Shown here piece after piece: positions 10,329-20,355 of a stretch of 64,000 nt of DNA (positions are counted from its first letter, which is position 1; the number at the start of each line of letters is the position of its first letter). The notes below the pieces were generated by a model. It saw nothing but the letters and a program-made list of their open reading frames with translations. It was not told where the DNA came from and did not search any database. The translations under genes and the position numbers were made by a program. This DNA is from an uncultured virus (IMG/VR IMGVR_UViG_3300050015_000917) (lineage: Duplodnaviria > Heunggongvirae > Uroviricota > Caudoviricetes), in IMG/VR virus record IMGVR_UViG_3300050015_000917, positions 1 to 64,000 of that record; one strand, given 5' to 3'.

Positions 10329-11540
10329 ATGAGCGAAAATTTAGAAGATTTTAACTGGGAATTATTTAATAGCAACTACAAAGGCGGTAATAAACTTATT
10401 CCCAACCCAAACATCAAAGGATTAGATCCAAAAACCCAGGTATTCTCACATGAGCCCTACGCTCAAGAACAATTTAACCTCTATAATCAATCAGACATTA
10501 AATCCGTAAAAAAAGACTTAGCAAAAGGAGACTGTGTTCCTATTGTAGAAATTTCTTATGTGGATAAGGATAGAATGACGATTGAATTACTAGGGGGATT
10601 AACAATTGAGATAGATTTGAATCGAGAAAAAAGATTCATTCAAATTTATGGGTATGTAACACCAGGAGATTTTGCTCAAGCTCTAGCATCTTCTGAAACA
10701 AGGAAAAATTTTGTTTCCTCCGGATTTTATGCCTATGTTATTGAATCAAGTCCAGCACTTAAAATAAGTCTTTGGCAGGGTCATATAGAGAAAACCAAAA
10801 GCGAGTTTATGGAGCAGATTGGTTCTCCATCCAAAGCTTATGTAGCAAAAATACTTAATTGTAATCGTGGGGGATATTTTGTCGAAGTTTCCGGTGTAGA
10901 AGCATTCATGCCAGGATCTCTTGCAGCTCCAAATAAAATTATGGATTTCCAAACTTTAGTAGGTAAAGAAGTTATAGTCATGGTCGAAGACTTTCTAAAG
11001 GAAATGAATTCCTTTATTGTATCTCATAAAAAATATATCGATTATATTCTTCCTAAAAAAATTGCAGAATTGGATATGACTAAACCTTATTCGGGATCTA
11101 TAACTGGAACCTCTAAATATGGAATATTTGTAGAATTTGGAGAAATCTTTACGGGTCTTCTCCATCATTCGAAAATGAAAGAGGAAACAATTGCAAAATT
11201 CAGAAATAGAGAATTTAAACCTGGAGATCTGATCCAATTTTATATCGGTGAAGTGACCAAAGACAATAGGATAATACTTACAGAAGAAAGTCCGGAAGAA
11301 AAGAAAAAGAAGATTGAAGCTTTCATTGAAACTAGTAAAGGAAAAATTCTGGAAGCTAGTATTGCAGCCATAATGAATTTTGGAATTATTGTTAATGTTG
11401 GGGATATTGCAGGAATAATTCCTTCAAAGGAGTTCCGCTTAAGAAAGATTTCTACAAGAAATTTTGTTATCGGGGATTTGATTAAGGTAAAATTTTTAGA
11501 AGCCAAAGATGATAAAATTACATTTGGGTTAGATGTTTAA
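10329..11540 (+). CDS. rpsA: Phage-encoded ribosomal protein S1 homologue (multiple S1/OB domains)
   Basis: S1-domain motifs NRGGYFVEVSGVEAFMPGS, YGIFVEFGEIFTGLLHHS and FGIIVNVGDIAGIIP; N-terminal EDFNWE. Confidence 0.8.
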   Translation: MSENLEDFNWELFNSNYKGGNKLIPNPNIKGLDPKTQVFSHEPYAQEQFNLYNQSDIKSVKKDLAKGDCVPIVEISYVDKDRMTIELLGGLTIEIDLNREKRFIQIYGYVTPGDFAQALASSETRKNFVSSGFYAYVIESSPALKISLWQGHIEKTKSEFMEQIGSPSKAYVAKILNCNRGGYFVEVSGVEAFMPGSLAAPNKIMDFQTLVGKEVIVMVEDFLKEMNSFIVSHKKYIDYILPKKIAELDMTKPYSGSITGTSKYGIFVEFGEIFTGLLHHSKMKEETIAKFRNREFKPGDLIQFYIGEVTKDNRIILTEESPEEKKKKIEAFIETSKGKILEASIAAIMNFGIIVNVGDIAGIIPSKEFRLRKISTRNFVIGDLIKVKFLEAKDDKITFGLDV

Positions 11541-11562
11541 ATAAAGAAATTTGAATATAAAG

Positions 11563-11599
11563 AAAAGGAGAAGAAAAATTTAAGCTTCTCTTTTTTTTT
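11563..11599 (+). terminator. Intrinsic terminator after the S1 gene
   Basis: GAGAAG (11568-11573) pairs with CTTCTC (11585-11590), followed by a T9 run. Confidence 0.55.
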
Positions 11600-11632
11600 G
11601 CGGATAAATAAATAAAATAGTTGTGAAAGATA

Positions 11633-13060
11633 ATGAATAACGATATTTTATATAATCACACTTTTGATTACAGCATTCAAGAGGTTTTTAATAGTAGCTG
11701 GGTAGGTTTTGTATTTGAATTCTATAGTACTCAAGAAACTCCATTTATGGCTGAAGATCTTTCAAAGATTTGTGGTAAAACTGTTGCTGTTACTTCTGAA
11801 AAAATGATACCCACTTGGAATAATCCAGTTCTTTTAAAAGAATATGAAGGAAAAAATCCTAAATATAAACTTACGACTTCTCCTCAGGACTTTCTAAGTG
11901 TAGGTCCTATGCTTTTTGGAATTCTCGAATGGATTGATCAAAAAGCGAAAACTAACAAGAGCACAGGTTTACAAGTTAGTTTATCTTTTAATGGCCCTAT
12001 CCAGACTTTAAATACAATTTCTAATATGGATCCCACAAAACTGGTTCTTAAAATGGATGAAAATTATTTATTCCAGAGATTTCCAGAAAGAAAAAATTCT
12101 CCATATTCTGTAAGTGTAAAGAGCCTTTTGCTTACAAACGAATTCTTTTCTACTCCTGAAGCTATTGGTGCATTTAAGACTTATTTCTTACATCCATCAG
12201 CTCCTTATTATGGAATAGATTTTACGGATCAACCTATAGGGGAACTTAAATTTAATTATATTGGTGGTAAGAATTATGGCAAAAATCACAAAGCAATAAC
12301 AGAAGCTCTTCATTATTATATTTTATCTACTTATCAAACTCTTAATATTCCAGGTTATACTGCTGAGATGGGGGTTAGCCTTGAAAAAATATTTGAAAAT
12401 TATCATATTATTCGAAGAATTTATTATGACCCTAAATGGTTCTTAGAAAATATTAAGGATATTCAAGTTGGAATAGATCTTAAAAGAGATGCTAGAATTG
12501 TAGAATCCTTCTGGCCAAAATTAAGAGATCCTTTAACTCGCCTCATGCTTGAAAGCGGATTCACAAAGGGAAAATTTAATTGGGATACTCAGGAAGGAAG
12601 ATTCCAGATAAAGGAAGCGAGATTACTTGGTGGAAAAATTACAAGTTTAGATCTTGTTGATTGCGAAGTACAAGGAATCGTAGAAGACTGCGGATTATGG
12701 AATACTCGAATAAAAAATTCTCGTATCATTTTCTCTACTCTGGTTGAAAAAAATAAAATTGAGGATAGTATTCTTGAAAGAGTAAGAGCTGATAGAAACA
12801 ACTCTATTAGTAAAAGCTGGATTTATAATACCGGTGAAGTAATTAATTGCAAAGTTAATGAAAGTATTATAAAAGATGCTGCTATTGGAAAAGAAGCTAC
12901 CCTTGATGAAGAGTGTACAGTTATTGATCCAAAACACAAAAAGGTAAATTTGCCTAAGCCCGTTTCTTCACCAGAAATAAGAGATTATAAATGGCTTGCT
13001 GGATTAAATAAGGATCGTAAGGATAAGGGATTTCAAAATGAATTTAAACATAAATGGTAA
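11633..13060 (+). CDS. Amidoligase-like (COOH-NH2 ligase fold) protein, apparently degenerate, with C-terminal beta-helix-like region
   Basis: Motif order GFVFEF...KLTTSP...TNKSTGLQVSLS...YYGIDF...LKFNYIGG resembles phage amidoligases; pentapeptide-like C-terminus. Confidence 0.5.
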   Translation: MNNDILYNHTFDYSIQEVFNSSWVGFVFEFYSTQETPFMAEDLSKICGKTVAVTSEKMIPTWNNPVLLKEYEGKNPKYKLTTSPQDFLSVGPMLFGILEWIDQKAKTNKSTGLQVSLSFNGPIQTLNTISNMDPTKLVLKMDENYLFQRFPERKNSPYSVSVKSLLLTNEFFSTPEAIGAFKTYFLHPSAPYYGIDFTDQPIGELKFNYIGGKNYGKNHKAITEALHYYILSTYQTLNIPGYTAEMGVSLEKIFENYHIIRRIYYDPKWFLENIKDIQVGIDLKRDARIVESFWPKLRDPLTRLMLESGFTKGKFNWDTQEGRFQIKEARLLGGKITSLDLVDCEVQGIVEDCGLWNTRIKNSRIIFSTLVEKNKIEDSILERVRADRNNSISKSWIYNTGEVINCKVNESIIKDAAIGKEATLDEECTVIDPKHKKVNLPKPVSSPEIRDYKWLAGLNKDRKDKGFQNEFKHKW

Positions 13061-13066
13061 TAAATT

Positions 13067-13801
13067 ATGATTAAAAGTGCATTTGTTCAAAGAATTGTTG
13101 GAGAACTAACAGCTTCGGGAGCTCTTCCATATAGTCCTCCCCCACAAGAATTCGAACGTATTGTAGATAAGGAAATGAGATTTCTTTATCGAGAATATAG
13201 AGAGCTTCTCTATGATAAAATTTATATTATTAATAGAAGATATTATCAAACTCAAGCTTGGAGAGATAGTAGAACCTTTCAGATGAATAACTGTACGGAA
13301 GGGATAAAACAGGTTAAGGAAATGACTGGGGGAAGTAGAGTATTTGGTATCAACGACCCAGATTTAAATTTTGATAGATTAATGGCTTCAGATTTATATT
13401 TAACTCCATTATCTTCAGATCAAATTACCTATCGTACAATTCAGTGGAGTTTTTGGGATCTTGCAAGAGCATTTAATCTTGTGGATATTAATCATGACTT
13501 TAATCCAAATACCCATAGGCTTTCAATTACTGGTCGTACTCCAATTCAGAGTTTATTTGTTTTAGCTTTGGATCAGATCCCTTTAGAGGATGCTTTCGAG
13601 GATACAATTGTTTTAGATTGGATGGTTGCTAAAAGTAAACTTTCGATGGCTCGTATTCTCGGAACTTTTAATTATCAACTTCTTGGCAATATTCAGATTA
13701 ATTATGATAATTTAAGAGTAGAAGGAACTTCAGAAATCGAAGCATTAAAGGAAAAAATTGCGTCGGACAACCCCCCAGATTGGTTCCTCATGTTTCCATA
13801 A
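13067..13801 (+). CDS. Neck protein, T4 gp13-like
   Basis: C-terminal ARILGTFNYQLLGNIQINYDNLRVEGTSEIEALKEKI resembles the gp13-family C-terminus. Confidence 0.6.
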   Translation: MIKSAFVQRIVGELTASGALPYSPPPQEFERIVDKEMRFLYREYRELLYDKIYIINRRYYQTQAWRDSRTFQMNNCTEGIKQVKEMTGGSRVFGINDPDLNFDRLMASDLYLTPLSSDQITYRTIQWSFWDLARAFNLVDINHDFNPNTHRLSITGRTPIQSLFVLALDQIPLEDAFEDTIVLDWMVAKSKLSMARILGTFNYQLLGNIQINYDNLRVEGTSEIEALKEKIASDNPPDWFLMFP

Positions 13802-13816
13802 AGAATTGATATTCAA

Positions 13817-14482
13817 ATGTTTATAGGAGTTATATATCGAGTAACAAGTCCTAGCAATAAAAAATACTATGGACAAACAACTTCAAAATTTGAGGCTCGA
13901 AAGAAAAGTCATTATAAAGATGCTTTTATTAGACAACTTCAAGGTTCCTTTCAGAGATCATTAAGAAAATACGGATGGGACAATTTTAAATGGGATATAA
14001 TAGAAACTTATGAAAATGATGATAAAATAGAACTTGTAAAAATATTAAATGATAGAGAGTTATTTTGGATTAAAAAGGATTTGACCTATCTGCCGGAATT
14101 TGGGTATAATATGAAAATAGGACCTAGTTATGGCTTTCATAATGATGAATGTAAAGATAAAATTAGACAGACTTTATTGGGGGTTGAACATACAGAAGAA
14201 AGAAAACATAATCAGTCACTTTCTCAAATTGGTTTACCACATGCTCAAAATTTTGGACCTCCTAGATATGGAAAGGATAATAGTTCATATAAAATAGTTT
14301 CTAAGGAAGATAGAGATTTAATTTTAGATTTATATAACAAAGGATTTGGTTCTCGAAGAATTGAGACAGCATTAGATAATAAATATAGTTTTATAAAAAT
14401 TCTTAAAATAATAAAAGCTGCTGGAGTTTATAAACCTCACAAATTTGATGGAAATATAAATAGAGCAAAGACGGTAAAATGA
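13817..14482 (+). CDS. Free-standing GIY-YIG homing endonuclease
   Basis: GVIYRVTSPSNKKYYGQT, LNDRELFWI and GYNM motifs; NUMOD3-like HTEERKHNQS; C-terminal HTH-like region. Confidence 0.8.
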   Translation: MFIGVIYRVTSPSNKKYYGQTTSKFEARKKSHYKDAFIRQLQGSFQRSLRKYGWDNFKWDIIETYENDDKIELVKILNDRELFWIKKDLTYLPEFGYNMKIGPSYGFHNDECKDKIRQTLLGVEHTEERKHNQSLSQIGLPHAQNFGPPRYGKDNSSYKIVSKEDRDLILDLYNKGFGSRRIETALDNKYSFIKILKIIKAAGVYKPHKFDGNINRAKTVK

Positions 14483-14946
14483 TAGTTAAAGAAAGCATAA
14501 ATTTTGAAAGAGGATTAGAACCCAAACAAGCTTTGAATGTTGGAAAACTTCATTTAATTCAGCAATGGTTAGATGATGCTGGTGTTGGAATAAAAAATTT
14601 TAAAATTAATGATGATTTTTCTATAGATCTTTTTTTACCATTTACAATGAATCAGCAAAGACCAGATTTATTTCCAGATGGTAAGTTACCAGAATATATC
14701 GAATTTAAATCTACAAAAGATTTTGATGTTGATGATTGTGGTATAGTTTCTTTAGAAAGATTTCCTCTTTTTGTTATAGGATATTTTTCTTGCCAAATGA
14801 ATAAAATAACTTCTCTAGAAGGATTTCCTAGAAAAATAGTTAGGAATGCTTATGTGATGGGAAATGAAAAGAGATTTACGGAACACGATATTAGACAAAA
14901 ATGTAACGTCGTTGGTGATGTAGAAGCAGATGATTCGGATGTATGA
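14479..14946 (+). CDS. FERG-tag protein with short LRR-like cargo
   Basis: N-terminal MIVKESINFERGLEPKQALNVG; cargo contains NKITSLEGFP. Confidence 0.75.
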   Translation: MIVKESINFERGLEPKQALNVGKLHLIQQWLDDAGVGIKNFKINDDFSIDLFLPFTMNQQRPDLFPDGKLPEYIEFKSTKDFDVDDCGIVSLERFPLFVIGYFSCQMNKITSLEGFPRKIVRNAYVMGNEKRFTEHDIRQKCNVVGDVEADDSDV

Positions 14947-16916
14947 AATTAGTTAGCGAAAATATTAACTTTGAGAGGGGAATGGATCCTATGACTGCCA
15001 TGGATATTGGTATGTTCCATTTTGATGTTGAATTCTCTGGAGATCTTGAAGGATGGGAAGAGTCAGAAAAAACTAAAGCTAAAAAATGGCACTATGGAGA
15101 TGTAAAAATTTTATCTATTGAAGGAAGTACTGATGAAACCAATGCGGAACTTTATATAAATTTATCTGATGGCGATTATATTAGATTTATTTCTTATTAT
15201 AGTTTTGAACCATTTCATTCAGATAAATATCATGGGAAAAAAGATTGTGCTTTAATATCTATAAAATCAAGAAAACTAGTAGATTCTGATGTTTTTGAAA
15301 AATATGAGGAGGAACTTGAAAATGGTTCTATCATTTTGGCTGTCATGAGAATATATGAAAATATAAAAAATGAATCTATTAAAGAAAGTATTAATTTTCA
15401 AAGAGGTCAGGATCCTAAAAAAGCTATGGAAATTGGAATACCCACATGGGAAACTTTACAAGAGGGTGATATAATATACGTGCCAAAAGGGGTAGGAATA
15501 AAAAACGATAGAATTTCGGAATCGCACGCTCATGGTTATTTCCCGGGTGGAACTATTTTAAAAGTTCGAGAATTAGATAATGCTTCTACAAAAGAATGGG
15601 TTCTTCGATATATTTATTTTTCTAGTATGGAAGATTATAATGGAAAAAATGAACAAGATAGATTTGGATATCTTGCAGGAACTCCTAAACAATTTAGAGA
15701 AAAATTCAAATTACTCCCAAGAAGCATGAATGAAGTTCAGAATTTCGAAAGAGGAATAGATCCTAAAGAAGCTATGGAAATAGGAGATAAAGTTCTTACT
15801 AGAAAAATTATTGAAGAAACTATATGGGAATTACCTCAGGATCTTATTCATCAAAATTTTAATATTTTAGGATTAATCAAAAAATTTCGAGGAGAACCCA
15901 TCCTAATAATGAAAACTAAAAGCGACGGGGATGGAGATGGAAAAAAATACATTGCAATGGCTCCAGATTATAGATCTGATTATTATAAAACTCCAAAAGA
16001 AGCTGTAGAAGAGGTAAAAGCTTATTTAGATAAACATCCGATTAAGGAATCTTTGAATTTTGAAAGAGGAATAGAGCCTAAAAGTTCAATGGGCATCGGT
16101 AAAAAAGCTCTTATCGAAACTTGGTTAAAGGAACAAGATTTATACGAGGATGCAATTATCGACAAGGATCTTATTATAAACATTCCTTCGGAAATTAATT
16201 TAGTAGTTTCTTTAAGAAATAAAGATATAGAAGAACTTCCTCCGTATATTCAATTTGGAAAAGTTTGTGGAGGTTTTGATATTTCAGATAATAATTTAAA
16301 AACTTTAAGAGGTTGTCCTACACAGGTTCTTGAAACTCCCGATCTTAAAGGGAATTTCAAATGCTTTGGTAATCAACTTAGCTCTTTAGAATTTGCGCCA
16401 AAAAGAATAGATGGAAATTTTCTTTGTCAAGGGAATCCCGGGCATTTTACTCGAAAAGATGTTATAAAAGTTTGTAAAGTAAAATCCGGAATAATTTGGT
16501 CTGATGATAATATGATAAAGGAATCTATGGATTTTCAAAGAAACGAAGATCCTATGGAAGCTATGGATTTAGGATTTCATGCTCAAATAATAAATTGGTT
16601 TAAGTCCTATGGAATATATCAGGATGAAATTAATGAGCATTATATAGAATATAGAATAAATAAAGATGGAACTATTGATGTATTAGAAGATATAAATCTT
16701 GTAGGAGCTCATATAAATAATTTCCCTTATTTTATTCATTTTAATAAAATATATGGAGGTTTCTATGTAGCTCATAATATTTTCACAAATCTGAGAGGAT
16801 TTCCAAAAGAAGTAGATGGAGATTTTAGTATTTACTCAGCTCAACCAGGAGCTAAAAAATGGAAAGAATCAGAGATTAGGAAAAGGGTTAAAGTAAAAGG
16901 AACAATTTGGAATTAA
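14943..16916 (+). CDS. Five-module FERG-tag polyprotein-like protein
   Basis: Tag Glu codons at 14958, 15384, 15732, 16047 and 16521, each followed by a distinct 100-160 aa module. Confidence 0.8.
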   Translation: MKLVSENINFERGMDPMTAMDIGMFHFDVEFSGDLEGWEESEKTKAKKWHYGDVKILSIEGSTDETNAELYINLSDGDYIRFISYYSFEPFHSDKYHGKKDCALISIKSRKLVDSDVFEKYEEELENGSIILAVMRIYENIKNESIKESINFQRGQDPKKAMEIGIPTWETLQEGDIIYVPKGVGIKNDRISESHAHGYFPGGTILKVRELDNASTKEWVLRYIYFSSMEDYNGKNEQDRFGYLAGTPKQFREKFKLLPRSMNEVQNFERGIDPKEAMEIGDKVLTRKIIEETIWELPQDLIHQNFNILGLIKKFRGEPILIMKTKSDGDGDGKKYIAMAPDYRSDYYKTPKEAVEEVKAYLDKHPIKESLNFERGIEPKSSMGIGKKALIETWLKEQDLYEDAIIDKDLIINIPSEINLVVSLRNKDIEELPPYIQFGKVCGGFDISDNNLKTLRGCPTQVLETPDLKGNFKCFGNQLSSLEFAPKRIDGNFLCQGNPGHFTRKDVIKVCKVKSGIIWSDDNMIKESMDFQRNEDPMEAMDLGFHAQIINWFKSYGIYQDEINEHYIEYRINKDGTIDVLEDINLVGAHINNFPYFIHFNKIYGGFYVAHNIFTNLRGFPKEVDGDFSIYSAQPGAKKWKESEIRKRVKVKGTIWN

Positions 16917-16936
16917 AATATTAAAATATAAAAAAT

Positions 16937-18694
16937 ATGAAAGAATTTTATCCTAAATTAAGAAATTTTATATCTGAAGCAAAGGGAGGATTAGAAATTC
17001 CGAAATCCGCTAAAATAGAGGATTATGGATACGTGTTTGCTAAAGATGGAACTAAAATAGACATGAGACATTTAAAGACCGAAATGGATAGTGCTAAAAC
17101 TGCTATCGTTTCTCAAAGCCAATTATTTGCTCCTTATGTTCATAAGTTTACTCCAATTTATACATGGTTAGTTCCTACTATGGCAACTGATGGAACTCGT
17201 CTCTTTGTTAATCCTAGCTTTGCTAATAAATTAAGCTGGAATCAAATAATATTTGTTCTTGTTCATGAGATTATGCATTGCGTACTTCTTCATATGGATA
17301 GAATGAAAACTAGAAATGCTATAGTTCAAACTTCAGACGGCAAACCTGCTTCTCTTTTTAATATTGCAGGGGATTATGAAATAAATGATATTATCGTTGA
17401 TACTTTAAATGATTTTGATGAAGAATTTGTTAAAAAACTTGGAGGTCTTTATGATGCTAAGTGGCTTAATATACCCGTTGAAGTTATTTATGACGAACTT
17501 AAGAAAACAATTCCCAAAATGCCACCTAATCCAGCTTCAAAGAATAATCAAGGACAAAATCAAGGAGAAGGAGGATCTGGCGGGGGAGCTGGAGGTCAAG
17601 GACAACCAGGGGGAAAAGGAAAAGGGGGAGGAAAACAGCCTTTAGCGGTTGGTTCCAAAGTTAAAATTAAAGCTACAGGTCAAAAGGGAATTGTTACAGC
17701 TGTTAACGCAGATGGAACTTTTGAAGTAAATCCCCTTAATGAAGCTTTTATTTATCCTAGATTAATTAATGAAGGATATAAACAAGAAGAATTAATTTCT
17801 ATTAGTGATGGGGGAGATGGTGAAGGAGAAGGTGAAGGAGGAGAAGGCGGAGGTGAAGGAGATAATAGTGGCGGTGTAGGGGGAGCTGGTGATGAAGGAT
17901 ATGATGAAACATTAGATCAAACTGGAGAATTTGATCCTGCAGGAACTGGCGGCATTATTTCTCCTGAAATGGGAAAGAAAATTGCTAAAGCTAGCGGATA
18001 CGGTGAAGGAGAAATGGGTCCTGATGAAAATCCAACCGATAAATGGAGAGTTGAAGGATCTAAGATGCTTGACCGTGCTGAAAAGGGACAAAAAGGAAGA
18101 GGGCGGGGAAAGGGAGAATCCCTTGTAAAAGCTCTTTATCGTCTCCATAGAGGGGATGTTAACTGGAAAAATCTTTTTAGAAGATATGTTGCGACAGCAC
18201 TTTCCCCTGAGGTTTATCAAAAAATTGGAAATAAAAAACATCTAGGCGGAGAATATCTTCGTTATGGAGAAAAGCATAAGCAAGATGCTATGGAAAATAT
18301 AGTCGTCTTAGTTGACGTTTCCGGATCTATGGGTCAAGAAGCTCTTAATAAAATTATTAATGAAATAAATCAAATTATCTTTTCAAAAAGAGTAAACAAA
18401 ATAACTATTGCTTTCTTTGATGATGGGGTTGACGATAAGAGTGTTCAAACTATTAAAAGAATGGGAAAACCTTATATTCCTAAAGGAATTAGCGGGGGAG
18501 GGGGAACAGACTTCCAGAAAGCTCTTGATTGGGTTCATGAACATTTAAAAGACCGAGTTTCCCTATTGGTATTTATGACTGATGGGGGTGCTCCTAATCC
18601 AAAGAAACCACCTTATGCTCATAAATTTATTTGGATAATTTATGGTAATCCAGGATGGAAACAGCCATTTGGTAAACAAATTAATTTAGGATAA
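16937..18694 (+). CDS. Metallopeptidase-like plus VWA domain protein (DUF2201-type partner of an AAA+ ATPase)
   Basis: TMATDG..HEIMH (HExxH), AGDYEIN, MIDAS DVSGSM, GGGGTDF and MTDG motifs; Gly/Glu-rich linker. Confidence 0.85.
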   Translation: MKEFYPKLRNFISEAKGGLEIPKSAKIEDYGYVFAKDGTKIDMRHLKTEMDSAKTAIVSQSQLFAPYVHKFTPIYTWLVPTMATDGTRLFVNPSFANKLSWNQIIFVLVHEIMHCVLLHMDRMKTRNAIVQTSDGKPASLFNIAGDYEINDIIVDTLNDFDEEFVKKLGGLYDAKWLNIPVEVIYDELKKTIPKMPPNPASKNNQGQNQGEGGSGGGAGGQGQPGGKGKGGGKQPLAVGSKVKIKATGQKGIVTAVNADGTFEVNPLNEAFIYPRLINEGYKQEELISISDGGDGEGEGEGGEGGGEGDNSGGVGGAGDEGYDETLDQTGEFDPAGTGGIISPEMGKKIAKASGYGEGEMGPDENPTDKWRVEGSKMLDRAEKGQKGRGRGKGESLVKALYRLHRGDVNWKNLFRRYVATALSPEVYQKIGNKKHLGGEYLRYGEKHKQDAMENIVVLVDVSGSMGQEALNKIINEINQIIFSKRVNKITIAFFDDGVDDKSVQTIKRMGKPYIPKGISGGGGTDFQKALDWVHEHLKDRVSLLVFMTDGGAPNPKKPPYAHKFIWIIYGNPGWKQPFGKQINLG

Positions 18695-19620
18695 TGATTG
18701 TTAGGGAAAGTATTAATTTCACTCGAAGCGGAAATCCTATTGAAACAATGAGAATAGGAAAAGCAGGACTCTTTCTTCAAATTATAGAGAAAATAAGGAA
18801 TGAATTTGCTTGGGATCCGGTAAAAGATAAAGATTTAATCCCACAATCTCTATCTCAGTTAACTGAAAATAATTTATATGGAATTGATACAAAGAAATTT
18901 CTAAGATTATATGCTGAAGAGCATAAAAATAAAAATTCTGTTATTCGTGAAATTCTAAAAGAAATTATGGATAAAGTTTTAACATTTAATCCAAATAAAT
19001 TAGAGCATCACGCTGGATTCTGGGTAAACTTATTTTTTGTTTTAGGAAGAGCAGAAGATATATGGAGTAATCCAAAATGGATAAACGATTTTACCTTTAA
19101 TGAATTTCGTCAGTATGATTCAAAGAGAACACTTGAAGAAACAAAAAAACTTGGAGCAAATAAAGCTTTTCTTTTAGGATCCACTCGAGGGGAAAGAGAA
19201 TTAGAAATATGGGGGATTGAAAATGGAGCAACAAACTTGAATCATACTTATAACGAACCTATTCAAAATGCTTGTCAACAAGGAGATGCAGAATTGGTAA
19301 AATTATTATTAGCAAGCCCAATAGTTAACCCAGGCGATAATACAAAAAGTGGTAAAAGATATAAAAGTGACGAAACAAATTTCTGTATTAGAAGAGCAGC
19401 AAAAGAAGGGCATTTAGAGGTTGTAAAATTACTATTAAATGATAAAAGAGTAAATCCAGCAAGCAAAGCAAATTGGGCTTTAGCTGCTGCTTTGTCTAAT
19501 GAAAATATAAAAATGTGTCAATTACTTTTAACTAATCAAAGGGTTAGAGATAATATTTTTAATATGAAGGAATCTTCTATAAAAAAATTCAATAGTTACA
19601 AAGGAGCGGGGGAGTTATGA
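18694..19620 (+). CDS. FERG-tag protein with ankyrin repeats
   Basis: MIVRESINFTRSGNPIETMRIG; ankyrin motifs AAKEGHLEVVKLLL and ACQQGDAELVKLLL. Confidence 0.8.
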   Translation: MIVRESINFTRSGNPIETMRIGKAGLFLQIIEKIRNEFAWDPVKDKDLIPQSLSQLTENNLYGIDTKKFLRLYAEEHKNKNSVIREILKEIMDKVLTFNPNKLEHHAGFWVNLFFVLGRAEDIWSNPKWINDFTFNEFRQYDSKRTLEETKKLGANKAFLLGSTRGERELEIWGIENGATNLNHTYNEPIQNACQQGDAELVKLLLASPIVNPGDNTKSGKRYKSDETNFCIRRAAKEGHLEVVKLLLNDKRVNPASKANWALAAALSNENIKMCQLLLTNQRVRDNIFNMKESSIKKFNSYKGAGEL

Positions 19621-20336
19621 TAGTTAGAGAATCCTTAGGATTTACAAGAGGGGGTGATGTCAAAGCCGAAATAGGTATTGGCAGAGAAAAACTTATTGGC
19701 GATTTTGTAAAAGAAGTAAGCAATATTCCTCAACAAAGGCATCAGATATTAGATCCTGCAAATAAAAATGAAGTTCTTTATAAAGCAGCTTTAATGGGAA
19801 GAGCCGATATTATTAAACTTCTTCTTTCAGATCCTTCAGCTAATCCAGCATATCGAAAAAATGCTGTTGTTGCTATTGCTGCTATGAAAGGATCAGTTGA
19901 AGCTGTAGATGCTCTTTTAAAAGATGATAGGGTAAATCCTGCTGATAATCATAATGAAGCTTTATATCAAGCTGTTAAAAATAATCAATTGGAAGTTGTT
20001 AAGAGACTTATGGAGGATCCGAGAGTTAATCCAGCCGATAGTAAAGAATCCTTGGATAGGAATTCTAATACAGTTTTAAATGACAATTATATTATTTTAG
20101 AAGCTGCTTCTAATCAATATATTGCTATTATAAAAGAATTAATAAAAGATCCAAGAGTTAAGATTAAAAGATCCATACAATTAGTTGCTTCTAAATTAAG
20201 TAAAGTAGGAATAATGGGTCCTCAAATAGAAGCTTGGAAACCAATTTTAGATTTTTTAATTAATCATCACAAAGCTCAAGAGGAATTAACAGACAAAGAA
20301 ATAATAAGATTTAAAGAAAAGATAAATAAAGTATAA
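19617..20336 (+). CDS. FERG-tag protein with ankyrin repeats
   Basis: MIVRESLGFTRGGDVKAEIGIG; repeats AVKNNQLEVVKRLMEDPRVNPA and AAMKGSVEAVDALLKDDRVNPA. Confidence 0.8.
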   Translation: MIVRESLGFTRGGDVKAEIGIGREKLIGDFVKEVSNIPQQRHQILDPANKNEVLYKAALMGRADIIKLLLSDPSANPAYRKNAVVAIAAMKGSVEAVDALLKDDRVNPADNHNEALYQAVKNNQLEVVKRLMEDPRVNPADSKESLDRNSNTVLNDNYIILEAASNQYIAIIKELIKDPRVKIKRSIQLVASKLSKVGIMGPQIEAWKPILDFLINHHKAQEELTDKEIIRFKEKINKV

Positions 20337-20355
20337 AAATAAAACTTGAACTACA

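Noticed and set aside
13801..14482. Group I intron hosting the GIY-YIG endonuclease
   Set aside because: The neck gene appears complete and only 15 nt separate it from the endonuclease, which overlaps the next gene; there is no room for an intron core.
17540..17930. Gly/Glu-rich GGA/GAA tracts as a regulatory or mobile repeat
   Set aside because: They are in-frame low-complexity linkers of the VWA protein.
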